Below are positions 49,810 to 63,037 of a DNA stretch of 64,000 nt, one piece after another; position 1 is the stretch's first letter, and every line of letters starts with the position of its first letter. Made by a program: the position numbers and the translations under genes. Under the pieces are notes generated by a model that saw only the letters and a list, made by a program, of their open reading frames with translations, did not search any database and was not told the origin of the DNA. This stretch comes from Squalus acanthias (Eukaryota), in contig CM059432.1 of the NCBI GenBank assembly GCA_030390025.1, positions 47,432,001-47,496,000 on the forward strand, given 5' to 3'.

Positions 49810-50360
49810 CAATCCTCCTCAGATATGGGAGCGGTGCCAGAAGAGTGGAAGATTGCAAATGTTACACCACTGTTCAAAAATGTGGAGAGGGATAAACCCG
49901 GCAATTAAAGGCCAGTCAGCCTAATGTCGGTGGTGGGGAAACTTTTAGAAATATTAATCCTGGACAAAATTAATTGGCACTTAGAAAAATATGGGTTAAT
50001 AAATGATAGCCAGCACCGATTTGTTAAAGGCAAATCGTGTTTGACTATCTTGATTGTGTTCTTTTGATGAAGTAAAGGAGAGGATGGATGAGGATAGTGC
50101 AGTTGACGTGTGTATGGACTTTCAAAAGGCATTTCAAAAAGTACCACATAATAGACTTGTTAGCTAAATTGAAGCCAATGGGATTAAAGGGACAGTGGCT
50201 GCATAGCTACGAAATTGGCTAAGGGACAGAAAGCAGAGAGTAGTGGTGAACGGTTGTTTTTCAGACCTGAGGAAAGTATACATTGGTGTTCCCCATGGGT
50301 CGGTAGACTACTGCTCTTTTTGAAATATATTAACGAGCTGGACTTGGGTATACACGGCAT
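49810..50360 (+). mobile_element. Degenerate CR1 RT fragment
   Basis: Remnants of ANVTPLFK, RPVSL, DFQKAF. Confidence 0.8.
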
Positions 50361-52264
50361 CATATCAATAGTGATACCATTATTCCCGCCAGGATGGAAA
50401 TGATTGATGGGGGAATTACCCAATCGCACTGTTGTACGTGACTGGGATTAATTTTATGCACATAATTTGTATGTAACTATCCCCCAGTCACTGCATTTTG
50501 CTGGAGCATTCACCCTACTTTTATTGGGAGACACTCCTGGTCATGAGTTCTGTTTGCTGTAGGTCGTAGAGACTTTTAAAAAAATAGGCTCTGTAGACTC
50601 TGTAGTGTGCTGTTTAAACACTGTTTGCTGAATAAATAGACTTTGTTTGCTGTTTCCTGTGAGTCCTGCCGTAAGTCACGCACCGTCTCCAACTTACTGG
50701 TTGACACAGTGGTGTCAATAGACGATCTAAGTTGGTACAGTGTGTTCCTTCACTCTGAAGACTGATTGATTGATTGCACTCTCGGGCCTAATTCCACTCA
50801 GCCCACAGCTGTTCTTCCCCTTCCGCATTCCCTAAATGCAGGGATAACTAAAATCAACTGAATTCTCATTTATGGGCAAAATGGGACAAAAGTATTGATT
50901 TCATTGATTGAAAAGTAAATTGTAAATTCGGGCTCGGTGCTGGCCAATTTTAGCTTTTTTTAAAAACTAATTTTAGGATTGATATCAGGAAATTCTTCTT
51001 CACACAAAGAATGTTCAATGTGTATGTCCAGATAAAGTAGTGGAATCAAAAACCCTGGAATCATTTAAGAAACAGTTGTATGCTACAATGGGGGTTGTTG
51101 TGATCTCTCTGGATGGAAGGAGTAAGAATGGCTTTCCACATCTATAATTACCTCATGATCTTCTTCGTTTTTGTGTCCTTTGTTACTGAAGTTGAATTGT
51201 TTTGGAGGGCCACTCAATTGATATCTACTTTAAAGGCTTAGTTACCGCTTATAGCTTGGCGAGCTCGGACTTCTTACTCTAGAAAAAGTGTAGGCTTCGA
51301 TGAGATTTGATTGCGATCTTGCAAATAATGAGGATTATATTTGGCCCATGTGGATAGGCTATCTGAGTTAGATAGGTTAGTAAGGAGCAGGGGACATGAG
51401 TATGAGTTATGTAGGTAGAGAACTAGATGTCCGGAGATTATTTATTTTCACAGAGAGTCGTCAATCTATGGAACAAGTTGCCGGCTTGTGCAGTGAGTGC
51501 AGATTCGCTGCAATCGTTCAAAAGAGAGCTGGACGAGTTCCTGAGAGTGGTCGGCATAACTACATATAGAAGGTAGGTTGGCACTGGGGATAGGGGGAGG
51601 GGGATGTATCTCCCAGTCAGCGTGGTGTCCTGGAACAAAGGTTTGATCGCCTTTATGGGTCAGAGAGGAATTTCTCTTTTTTTGTAAATTAGCCTCTGGA
51701 TTTTCTCTCTTTTATATTTGTTCATTGGATATGGGCGTCACTGGCAAGGCCAGCATTTATTGCCCACCTCTAATTGCCCTTGAGAAGGTGGAGGTGAGCC
51801 GCCTTCTTGAACCGCTGCAGTCCGTGTGGTGAAGGTACTGCCACAGTGCTGTTAGGGAGGGAGTTCCAGGATTTTGACCCAGCGACGACGAAGGATCGGC
51901 GCTATATTTCCAAGTCAGGATGGTGTGTGACTTGGAGGGGATCTTGAGATGGTGGTGTTCCCATGCGCCTGCTGCCCTTGTACTTCTAGTTGGTAAAGGT
52001 CGCAGGTTTGGGAGGTGCTGCCGAAGAATCCTTCTAGATGGTACACACTGCAGCCACGGTACGCCTGTGGTGGAGGGAGTGAATGTTTAAGGTGGTGGAT
52101 GTGGTGCCAATTTTGCCTCTTCCAAGAGATTGCATAGCTATGGGTGGAGGAGGGTGTGACTGGGGTGATGGGGTGCATAAATTGCACCATGACAGTATAG
52201 GACAGGCTAGATGGACCAGCTGGTCTTTTCTGTCTTTTCATGTTTTCTTTGTGTTAAAACAGAT

Positions 52265-53010
52265 TGGCCCAGAAATTGATCTCGCTCTGTTCCCGCGGGG
52301 GTAAGCCTTTCCCGCGATGTCTCACCTCGCTTATGCTTTTTCTGATCCAGCTCGCACGAAATTGATGTTCCAGACATCAGCTGTGCTGGGCTTGCGTATC
52401 TCAGCGGCGTAGTTAATTCGTGCGAGCTGTGGGATCACGTGACTCAGTTAGAGCCAATGGCAGCACACCATCTTCCATTCATAAGTCTCACAGCATGGCT
52501 GAGAGACTTATGAATCTTACACCCCCCCAAAATAACAGCTAAACCTCAATTAAATTTAAAAAAAAACCCATCACATTAATAAAATAAGTATAGTTAATTA
52601 AATTAACCATTTTAAATAAAAAATTAAATTTTTGAAAAAATTTAAAATCTTTTAAAAAGTTATAAAAATAAACTTACCTGTCTTTAAAGTCTATAAAAAA
52701 GATATACCTGTAAAAAAAAATTCAAAAAAATACTTAATTCACTACTTACCTTCTTAAAAGCGGGTCTTACTCCTCCTTTTTACATTTCCAAAATCTTCAG
52801 TACTTACCTGCGCGTCCAAAGCATGAAGTGCACAGCGTGCGCGCAGCCTGTAGCGCGCACGCGATGCACTCCGGCCCCGCCCCCTTTTCGGAAGAGCAAT
52901 TGCCGGTTTTCAGCGCATGCGCAGGGCATGCAGAAAACCGGCAATTGGAGTGGGAATACGCGAGAGTATGCAGTGCGTACTCTCGCGCACCGAGATCAAT
53001 TTTCGGCCCA
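52265..53010. mobile_element. Non-autonomous TIR element with an internal hairpin
   Basis: Ends ..AAATTGATCTCG / CGAGATCAATTT.., AT-rich core, internal inverted repeat at 52898-52947. Confidence 0.7.
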
Positions 53011-53844
53011 CTATTCATTAGCACAGCAATACCACCATCTATTGGTTGGAAATAGAACTACACGGACTAAAATCAGTTTGTAAACTGAATGGAGAATATA
53101 TATTTAGAGCAGTGGAAAATATTGAAAAAACAAAAATATTGAAAAAACAAACTGAATAAATAATGTTAGTTAGTTCCACTCCCTGTCTAAGCAAATAACA
53201 GGGGGAGACCGGAGAGCATATTTGTCCTTCTTAGTGTAAGGACTGCTACATAAACTCTTAATAGTTGTGATGCAATTCTGGATTTTTTTGACAATTTCCC
53301 CACAGAAATTAGGAACAATTTGGTGGCTTAAAAACCTCACACCTACTGTGTTGGATGGTTTTTTGATTTTTTTTTTCTGACTGTGTTAAGTCAGGAAGTA
53401 AAGCATAATGTTAGACTCCTAAAAATCAGTCTAGCTTTTGCTACAGAAACAGCAGCTGAGACACAGGCTCCAGAAAGGCAGGATACAGAGGAGGTACCCT
53501 GTTTGAGTTGAGCAAGATGGCCCACTGAAGTAGGATAACATTATTTATGCTGTTTTCATATTGTGCAGGGATAAGATGTATTGATTGAACAAAGTGAATC
53601 TGATCATAATTATCTGTTCCCCTTATTGTGTAGCTTAAAAATTTGGCCCTCACCTCATGTAGGCCTTCAGAGAGATTGAAGAAATGCATGTATCCACTTT
53701 GGGTAATGAGGGGATTCCATTGTTGCATCCCTGGGTCCCTTCCATCGTACACGATATAGGGCGGTGTGAGTCAATTCTCGTTACAGTGAGACACTCAGAC
53801 CACCTACTAGAGTGACTGACATTATTACATAGTAATGACAGCAC

Positions 53845-55430
53845 CTTTTGGCCCAACTGGTCTGTGCCGGTGTTTATGCTCCACACGAGCCTCCTCCCAC
53901 CCTACTTCATCTAACGCCATTAACATATCCTCTATTCCTTCCCTCATGTACTTATCTAGCTTCCCCTTAAATGCCTCGATGCTATTCGCCTCAACCACAC
54001 CTTGTGGTAGCGAGTTCCACATTCTCACCGCTCTGAGTAAAGAAGCAACAAACGACATCTGTAATAAAAACAGGTGCCAACAAACATCCTGGCTCAGAGC
54101 ACGGAAAAAACTTGTGGAATACTGTGATCTCAAGGGACAAGTAACGTACCACAATGCTTGCTCCAGCATCACTGGAGTTGTCTGCGTGTGCAGGTATAAG
54201 CTCGCGATAACACTGTCTGAGTGCGTGAACCACAGGCAGAAGCGGTGTGGGAGATTTCGCTGCTGGCGTCCCAAAGAGACCATTGTCTTTTTCATAGAAT
54301 GATACAGCACAAAAGGAGACCATTCAGCCCATCGCACCTGTGCTGGCTCTTTGAAAGAGCTATCCAATTAGTCCCACTCCCCTGCTCTTTCCCCATAACC
54401 TTGCACACTTTTTTCTTTTCATGTATATATCTAATTCCCTTTTGAAAGTTAGTATTGAATCTGCTTCCACCATCCTTCCAGATGATGATAACTCGCTGCA
54501 TTAAAAAAAAATTCTCCTCCTTTTTCCCTCTGGTTCTTTTGCCAATGATATTAAATCTGTGTCCTCTGGTTACGGACCCTCCTGCCAGTGGAAAGAATTT
54601 CTCCTTTTTTACTCTTATCAAAACCCTTCATAATTTTGAGGAAGCCTCTATCAAATCTCCCCTTAACCTTCTCTGCTGTTTTTGTTTTGGATCGAAACAG
54701 CAACGGTGCTGCAGGCAAAATGTTGGAGGTACTGGTAATATGTTAGTCATGCCCTGTCAGACCACACCTAATGTGGCAAGACCTGTAGATCCTGCACAGC
54801 TCTTTAACCCTTAAGCTTGTCCGAACATACGAAAATGACGGGCAGGAAAAGACCAGTTGGTCCACCGAGTCTGCCCCACACACATGATGGCTGGAGCGTC
54901 ACGACTAGACAATTCATCTCCCCCCCCCCCCCCCCCCCCCCCCCACCCCCAGCCATGTAATCTCCTGTAAGAGGCCAAAAAATCCAGGGGCAATAAGGGA
55001 AAAGATATTCCTCTCCGAACCCCTTAAGCAATCGAAACCAGTCCAGGAGATCACGTGAACCACGTGTTATGTGTAACACCACCTACCCTCTATGTGATGT
55101 GATCTTTGTCCCAATCAACAACCGGTCCAGCTCCCTCTTGAAGGTGTGCAGAGAGTCAGCACCCACTGCACCAGCCGGTAATGTATTCCAGAGGCCCCTG
55201 CTCTCTGGGAAAGGAAGAACTGCCTAACATTCAGTCTATTCCTGCTCTTGCATCGTTTAAACTCATGTTCCCTGGTCCTCCCCAATCTGTTAAACTGGAA
55301 TAATCTATCAATAGGCACGCTATTCAGCCCTTTCATTATTTTATAGACTTCCATCAGGTCACCACCAAGTCTATGCTGTTCTAAAGTAAATAGACCCGGC
55401 GGTTCCTTAAGCCTATCTGAGCAACCAGCT
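53845..55430 (-). mobile_element. Cluster of three CR1 3' fragments (about 53845-54035, 54292-54675, 54815-55430)
   Basis: Each shows ORF2 C-terminal remnants (RAVRMWNSLP; EKFFPLAGGSVTRGH; EVYKIMKGL). Confidence 0.75.
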
Positions 55431-55817
55431 CCTTTTGGATCTAACTAAGTCACTTATCCCAGCTGTGCTGTCCCACCATATGGTTGTATAGTGGTTATAT
55501 TACTGGACTGGAAGCCCGGACTAATAATCCCACCACGGCAGTTTGAGAATTTGAATTCAGTTTTTAAAAAAAATCCGGAAATAAAAAGCTGTTATCTGTA
55601 AAAGTGACCATGAAGCTGTCGGATTGTTGTAAAAACCCAACTCTTTCAATCATGTCCTTTTAGGGAATAGCCCAAGAAGGTATAAACACCATGCCTTGAT
55701 TTGTAAGGAGTCATTAGATGGCTTCACTTCTGCCTCTGAGAAAGCACCACTTCTCATAATGTAAACCCCATTCGGTCTTGTCTGGAGTGAGACAGAGGCC
55801 GAGGATGATTTTAAACT

Positions 55818-56110
55818 GTTGAACTCTGGCCTCTTGTGCATCTACCACTTCCTACGCCCCACCATTGGCGGTCGTGCCTTCAGCCAGCTAGGCCCTAAGC
55901 TCTGGAATTCACTCCCTAAACCGCTCTGTCTCTCCACCTCGCTCTCCTCCTTTAAGACGTTCCTTAAAACCTACCTCTTTGACCTAGCTTTTGGTCGCCT
56001 GTCCTGATATCTCCTTTGGCACGGTGTCATTTTTTTTTGTCTGCTTACGCTCCTGTGAAGCGCCTTGGGACGGTTTACAACATTAAAGGTGTTATATAAA
56101 TGTGAGTTAT
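55818..56110 (+). mobile_element. L2 3' fragment
   Basis: TIGGRAFSQLGPKLWNSLP...FKTFLKTYLF and tail. Confidence 0.8.
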
Positions 56111-57444
56111 TGAATATAATTTATAGACTAGTAGACGTATGAATGGGACATTCTCTGTACATTAGGGTTTTCTTGCATTTCTATTTTTAAGTGCTACCTG
56201 ATTCCAGAGTTATCTTTTTATTTTAACTTTTTTCCCCGACACACATGATGCCCACGAACATCCTCTCAATACTCTACTTAATATACTGTCCTGTCTTTTA
56301 TCTGAAATTACTTTATGGAACATGTGATTGATTTAAGGTTATCTTCAGCTTTAAAAAATGGACATGCTGAGGCATTGAGAGTTTTGCTGTCTGGTGGTAA
56401 CCAACAATGCTGTCTGTGTTTAAATTTACTTGTGGTTACATTGCTGAGCACCAGTTACGTGGAACCTTTCAATAACTTTGTGTTCATGTAAGAACATTTC
56501 ATCCATATCAGACAGGATACAGATATTGCCTGTGAGTGACAGAAAAGGCCTGGCTATTCTCAATTCAGGAATATTTGTAATATGCAAGAAGTAGTTGAAC
56601 CTTCCTAAATTAAATTTTATTTTGGTAGAAAGTAACTTAACTTAACATTTGTTTTGGAGAACATTAAATTTGTTTTTCTAAGTAGTTTCCAAAATGTGTG
56701 TATTCACAAAAATATACATTTTGAAGGGTAAAGCATGTCTTAGAACTTATTCCCATGCAGACTGGCATAAAGGTATTGCCAGACCTATGATGCAGAAGTA
56801 AATTATATGCTGAGTCCTGTATTAATAACTGCCCTTTGATCAAATAAATCCAGCAGGGTGCAATTCAATTGGGAAAAGCATTTGGCTACAGTATTTAATT
56901 AAAGAAACCGAGAAATGTCAATTGCTTATCTCCTTAGAGTGCACACTATCTCCATATATATAATTAAGTTATTAGAACTTGGTTAACATCTAACTTCAAG
57001 ATACTTTAAACGAAGAATCCTAGAAATATGTTTTTTAAATGTCATCAATTTGTATTGCACTGCTCACATTAACAAAAGTCTAAGAGCACTTAACAGTGTG
57101 GTAAGGACAGGAAGAAGGAGGAGGATTTATGGGGAGCTGAAGGCATTGTCAAAGAAAGCTTTAATTTTAGAAGGCTTTTGATGTCAGTAAGGGAAGTAGT
57201 GATAGAATGATCACATGAAGCAGGAAACGAGCAGATATGGTACTGGAGTAGCAACCCAGAGGAAAATTTCAAAGTTGAATTCAAGAAATCTGGTAATTTG
57301 TGGGCTGGCACCAGGCAAAAATGACCATGACATTTGCCGGATTATCATACCCAACTGGTCTATTAATGTCCTTCAGGAAAGGGAACCTGCCACCCACCCT
57401 ACCTGATCTGACCTGCATGTGGCTTCCATTTTACACTATGATCA

Positions 57445-57860
57445 CATGGCCTACATTGGCTCCTGGTTAAGCAACGCCTCAATTTTTTAAAATTCTCATC
57501 CTGGTTTTCAAATCCCTCCGTGGTCTCGCCCCTCCCTATCTCTGGAATCACCTCCAGCCCCACAACACTCCGGGATATCTGCGCTCCTCCAATTCTGGCC
57601 TCTTGCGCATCCCCGAATTTAGTCACTCCACCATTGGTGGCCGTGCCTTCAGCTGCCTAGGCCCTAAGCTCTGGAATTCCCTCCCTAAACCTCTCTGCCT
57701 CTCTACTGCTCTTTCCTTTTAAGACACTACTTAAAGCCTACCTCTGCCCTAATAGTCCCTTCTGTGGCTCGGTGTCAAATTTTGTTTGATAACGCTTCTG
57801 TGAAGCGCCTTGGGACGTTTTACTACGTTAAAGGGGCTATATAAATGCAAGTTGTTGTGG
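57445..57860 (+). mobile_element. L2 3' fragment
   Basis: LHWL.VKQR..., WNSLP, tail ctatataaatgcaagttgttg. Confidence 0.8.
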
Positions 57861-58109
57861 TTAATTCTTACTGCCGTCGGGGCAACTAGGGATGGACAAT
57901 AAATACAACTTCACCAGTGTCGCCCTAATTCCAAGAACAAATTAAAGAATAAGTCACATGAGTGCAGAAATGTATGGGTGGAGAAGATCACTTGGGTGGA
58001 ATGAGACTATGGAGGAATTAGAAGAGGAGGACAAGGATTTTAAAGTCATTTTTTTTTGTTTTTGGGCGATGAGGATCCAGTGGAGCTTGGCTATGATGGG
58101 AGTTTTTTT

Positions 58110-59255
58110 TAATATATTCGGCCTCGGGATGTGGGCGTTGCTGGCAAGGCTGGCATTTATTGCCCATCGCTAGTTGCCCTTGAGGTGATGATGGACTCTC
58201 TTGAACTGCTGTAGTCCGTGTGGTGAAGGTGCTCCCTCACAATGCGTTTGGTAAGGAATTCCAGGATTCTAACCCAGCGATAATGAAGGAACGGTGATAT
58301 ATGTCCAAGTCAGGATGGTATGTGACTTGGAGGGGATCTTGAGGTGATGGTGTTCTTATGCACCTGCTGTCCTTGTCCTTCTAGGTGGTGGAGATTGCAG
58401 GTTTGGGAGATGCTGCAGAAGAAGTCTTGGCGAGTTGCTGCAGTGAATTCTGTAGATAATATGCATTGGAGCCATAATACGCTCATGGTGGAGGGAGTGG
58501 ATGTTTAAACCAGTAGATGGGGTGGAGATCAAGTGTACCACTTTGTCCTGGATAGTGTCGAATTTCTTGTTGGAACTATACCCATCTAGGGAAGTGAAGA
58601 TTATTCCATGACACTCCTAACTTGTGTCTTGTAGGTGGTAGAGAGATTTTTTTGAGTCGGGAGGTGAGCCACTCATTGCAGAATACCCAGTCTCTGACCT
58701 GCTCTAATAACCACTGCATTTATGTGGTTGGTCCAGTTCAATGTCTGGCCAATGGTGATCCCCCAGGATGTTGATGGTGGGGGACTCAGTAATAGCAATG
58801 CCATTGAATGTCCAGGGGAACTGGTTACTTTCTATCTTGTTGGAGGTGGTCATTACCTGACACTTGTGTGGCACGAATATTACTTGCCACTTATCAGCCC
58901 AAGCCTGGATGTTGTCCAGGTCTTGCTGCATGCAGCATGGGCTGCTTCATTATCTGAGGAATTGTGAATGGAGCTGAACATTGTGCAGTCATCAGTGAAT
59001 AGGCCCACTTCTGACCTTATGATGGAGGGGAGGTCATTAATGACGCAGCTGAAGATGGTTGGGCCTGGACACTGCCCTGAGGAACTCCTGCACTGAAGTC
59101 CTGGGGCTGAGATGATTGGCCTCCAACAACCACCTTCCTTTGTGCTAGGTATGACTCCAGCCAAAGGAGAGTTTTCCCCCTGATCACCATTGACTTCAGT
59201 TTTACTAGGGCTCCTTGGTGCCACACTCGATCAAATGCTGCGTTGATGTCAAGAA
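58110..59255 (-). mobile_element. Non-LTR RT fragment, same family as 8372-9557
   Basis: MQQDLDNIQAWADKWQV, ITESPTINILG, GVPQGS. Confidence 0.85.
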
Positions 59256-59749
59256 GGTAAGCTGGTCATGTGCAAGGCCACATGTTTTCAGTTTTCATGA
59301 AAAATTGGATGGCATTGCGGAATACAATCTCCAAATGCTGGTAAAATAGCACTTGCATTAATTCATTTGTTGCAGACTAATGGTCCTGATCATATGTTTA
59401 ACACCTTAAATCAACCTGATTTTATTAACATCTTGAAACTGATACATTGTTGCATTCATATTTATAGATATATGGAGGCTGGATGATGAGCCACAATTTA
59501 TATCCCACAAAGGGTAGTTCCAGCAGTGGAATATGGATTATAACCTGCTCCTCCTTGTGTATTGCCTTTTATATCCCACACATTAAATAAACTAACTCTT
59601 AAATTGAGCAGATTAGTGTGATAATGCTGATTTTTTTTTTCTCTTGCGGTGCTGTCTGTTATCTTGATGAAAAATATTTCATGATGTGATGCCATTTCAT
59701 GTCTGTGGTATAGATGAGATATACAGGGTAACGCTAGATATGATATCTT

Positions 59750-59883
59750 CATGATGCGGAGATGCCGGTGTTGGACTGGGGTGGACAAAATTGAGAGGTC
59801 GCACAACACCAGGTTATAGTCCAACAGTTTTATTTGAAATCACAAGCTTTCGGAGCTATCGATCGCCCCTTTCCTCAGGTGAA
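59750..59883 (-). mobile_element. Penelope-like element terminal repeat fragment (shorter copy at ~25265-25330)
   Basis: Shared atgatgcggagatgccggtgttggactggggtggacaaaa. Minus strand has CTGAGGA...CGAAAGCTT followed by AATAAA. Confidence 0.6.
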
Positions 59884-60885
59884 GTAGTAAAGAAATACAG
59901 ACTCGACAAAGCATATATAGATAGAGAACAATGCATGTGTACCTTACAATTGCAGACAACTAAATTAAATCATCCTGACTATATGCCGAGGTGTGATAAA
60001 GTTAATCAGGTCAGCCAGGAAGGTACCACATCAAAGACATAGCAAGATACAACTGAGACAATGAGGTGGAGTCGCAGGGGGTCTAACGTGTCAAAAGCTG
60101 CCGTCTGTATGTAAAACGATAAGCTGTAAAAAAAATTTACTTTTTTACTGGGAAAATTTTTACTTTTTTACTGGGAATCACATCTGTGAACAAGCCAACG
60201 ACGACTGGATCTAACAAAATAAACTGAATGATGAAGTTAAAAGTGTGCTGACCATGCTAATTGGCTAACAACTTGCACTTTTCACAAATACTGTACAGAA
60301 CCAACTATATTTTCCCTTTAATGCGTTGACTTTAAAAAAAAAAGTTGTGATTCTGTTTGTATCACGGGAATTACATAAGTTAAATTTGCAGTGTTCCAGT
60401 GACATGACTACCCTGACCAGTGTTGCTATCACCGCAGAATGAGGAATCATCTGTATGTCATGTTGTGGTGGGGTAACTCTTGGATGGGTACTACTATATT
60501 GGGCCATTTATAATGCTCCGTTTAGTTGCATGGGGTTAAAAGTGGTGGCTCAAATTGTAACCAGGAGATCTAGAAACTGAGCTATAAAAGAATAAATTCC
60601 TTTCAATGTGTAATCTACAAAATAGACTTCAGGCACCAACAGCAGAAAATGGCAGTATTGCATCCCATGAGCAGGAGCACCTGCATGAATGAGCCATCAC
60701 TTCAATAATGTCATCAAGAACGTGGGGTGAAGTCAACATCTGATTCTGTGACCCAGCTACTCACTCTTAATGTCCTTAAAATGCCTTAAATTCTTTACTA
60801 ACCTACAGTATTGCTTTACTACTAGATGAGTTTCTCAGTCATTGTGAATTGATGGTAAAATCCATACTACTGGAAAAATCCTCAC

Positions 60886-62071
60886 CTTCTTCTTCTTAGG
60901 CAGTCCCTCGGAACTGAGGATGACTTGCTTCCACACTAAAAATGAGTTCTCAGGTGTCTGATGAGTCCAATGTGGGACCTACAGTCTCTGTCACAGGTGG
61001 GGCAGACGGCGTTTGAAGGGGCGGGTGGGTGGGGTGCTTGGGTTGACTTGCGTTCCTTCCGCTGTTTGCGCTTGGCTTCCGCTTGCTCTCGGCTTCGGCG
61101 CCTTCCTGGATGCTTCTTCTCCACTTTGTGCGGTCTTGGGCCAGGGATTCCCAGGTGTCGGTGGGGATGTTGCACTTTTTCAAGGAGGCTTTGAGGGTGT
61201 CCTTGAAGCGTTTCCTCTGCCCACCTGGGACTCTCTTGCCGTGTCGGAGCTCCGAGTAGAGCGCTTGTTTTGGGAGTCTCATATCGGGCATGCGGACGAT
61301 GTGGCCCGTCCATCGGAACTGATCGAGATGGTCAAAGCTTCGATGCTGGGGATGTTGGCCTGAGCGAGAACACTGACATTGGTGCGCCTATCCTGCCAAT
61401 GGATTTGCAGGATCTTGCGGAGGCAGCGTTGGTGGTACCTCTCCAGTGCTTTGAGGTGCCTGCTGTACATGGTCCATGTCTTGAAGCATACAGGTATCAC
61501 TACTGCTCTGTAGACCATGAGCTTGGTGCTGGGTTTGAGGTCCTGGTCTTCAAACACTCTCTTCCTCAGACGACCGAAGGCTGCACTGGCACACTGAAGG
61601 TGGTGTTGGACTTCGTCATCGACGTCTGCCCTTGTTGACAGTAGGCTCCCGAGGTATGGAAAGTGGTCCACGTTGTCCAAGGCCTCGTCATGGATTTTGA
61701 TAATCGGGGAGAAGTACTGTGTGGCGGGGGCAGGGTGGTAGAGGAACTTTGTCTTACGGATGTTTAGTGTAAGGCCCATGCTCTCGTACAGGAGATCCAG
61801 CAGCTAGCCGACGACCAGGACGTGCGTGGATTCTTTAGCGCAGTCAAGACCACCTATGGCCCAAGCACCCAAGGTCCTACCCCACTGTGGGCCAAGAACC
61901 GAGATGTACTCATCAAGGACAGAGAGGCAGTCAGTGCCTGCTGGAAGGAGCACTTCGAAGATCTCCTTAACCGAGACTCTGTCTTCAACGCAAGTGTCCT
62001 CAACTCCATCCCGCAGCATGCTACCCGCCACCACCTCAGCACAACCCCAGCCCGGCATGAGGTTGAAAAGG
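60886..62071 (-). mobile_element. RTE-clade LINE with an inverted 5' segment
   Basis: Minus strand 60886-~61790: GLTLNIRKTK, FPYLGS, RLPKQALYSEL..GKR..GGQRKRFKD, (GAA)n tail. Plus strand ~61790-62071: upstream RTE segment (WKEHFEDLLN). Confidence 0.88.
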
Positions 62072-62159
62072 CCTCACTTTTTAATTGTGTGCTTGTGTAT
62101 GATGATGCTTTATGTGATTTTAGTTTATTATTCAAATTTGCTCTCTTTTGCATTTCCAG

Positions 62160-62247
62160 TGGAAGAAATTATAGACCAGGCTGACTATCTTTATGGCACT
62201 GGAGAGGTGGCTAAGCTTTATCACCTTCTTATTGAACACAAGAGCAG
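62160..62247 (+). CDS. RMDN1: RMDN1 exon 3 (VEEIIDQADYLYGTGEVAKLYHLLIEHKS). Gene continues beyond the right edge.
   Basis: 88 bp, strong polypyrimidine-CAG acceptor, GTAATA donor. Matches RMDN1 VEEILEQADYLY..GE..KLY.LL. Phase compatible with exon 2. Confidence 0.93.
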
Positions 62248-63037
62248 GTAATATAATACCCAAATTATACTGGAAATATTTAGAAGTGTTGTCAATTCTG
62301 TAGATTGTCTGGTGCACTCGTTATTGGCACTTGTGCAATGTTTTGATGCAGTGAGAGCTTGGAATGTCTGAATTCTCCAAAAGCATCAATGGGAGTTGAG
62401 GGGTCGCTGACTGTACATTCAGGCAGGAGCAAATGAAGTGTGCTTTTACCGTGTTTTTAGTAGCCCAAGGATGTTCAGCATGAATGAAACTTTAGTGATC
62501 AATTGCGTGCATTGACCTCAAACCAAGTTAAATACATACATTTGAGTTAATTAGTGAGGGAGGGAGTATTTTGTATTGCCTTCTTTGGTGCAGAAGAGTG
62601 AATGCTTTTGAAGCATTAATTGAAGAAGAAATTTTTTCACGATTGGAGTGGATGACTCTTGGCACAGACAGGTACCAAGTAAAATTCACACTGGCCTGAA
62701 GCTTTCAGAAGGGAGTGGGATCAATCCATGATTCTGCAGGGATATGTGTATGGTGAGGAAAAATGAAAAATGATCAGGTTCTGAAATGGGACCTGGCTAG
62801 ACTAAATTGCTTGTTCAAATTCATACGTTCTTATTTTCTTAAGCCTAGTGTTAACTGTGCCTTTATTGTGGCTTTCATATACTATCGGAAGCTGTTTGCA
62901 CATAATTATTCAAATAGTGCAGCATTTATTTTTCAGTTACAAAAAAAACAGTTAACATTTCAAACTGACAGTCTTTGTAAATGCCTGCTCAAGTTTGATT
63001 TGTAATGTGTTCGCATAGATGCAGCTCACCCTTGGTA

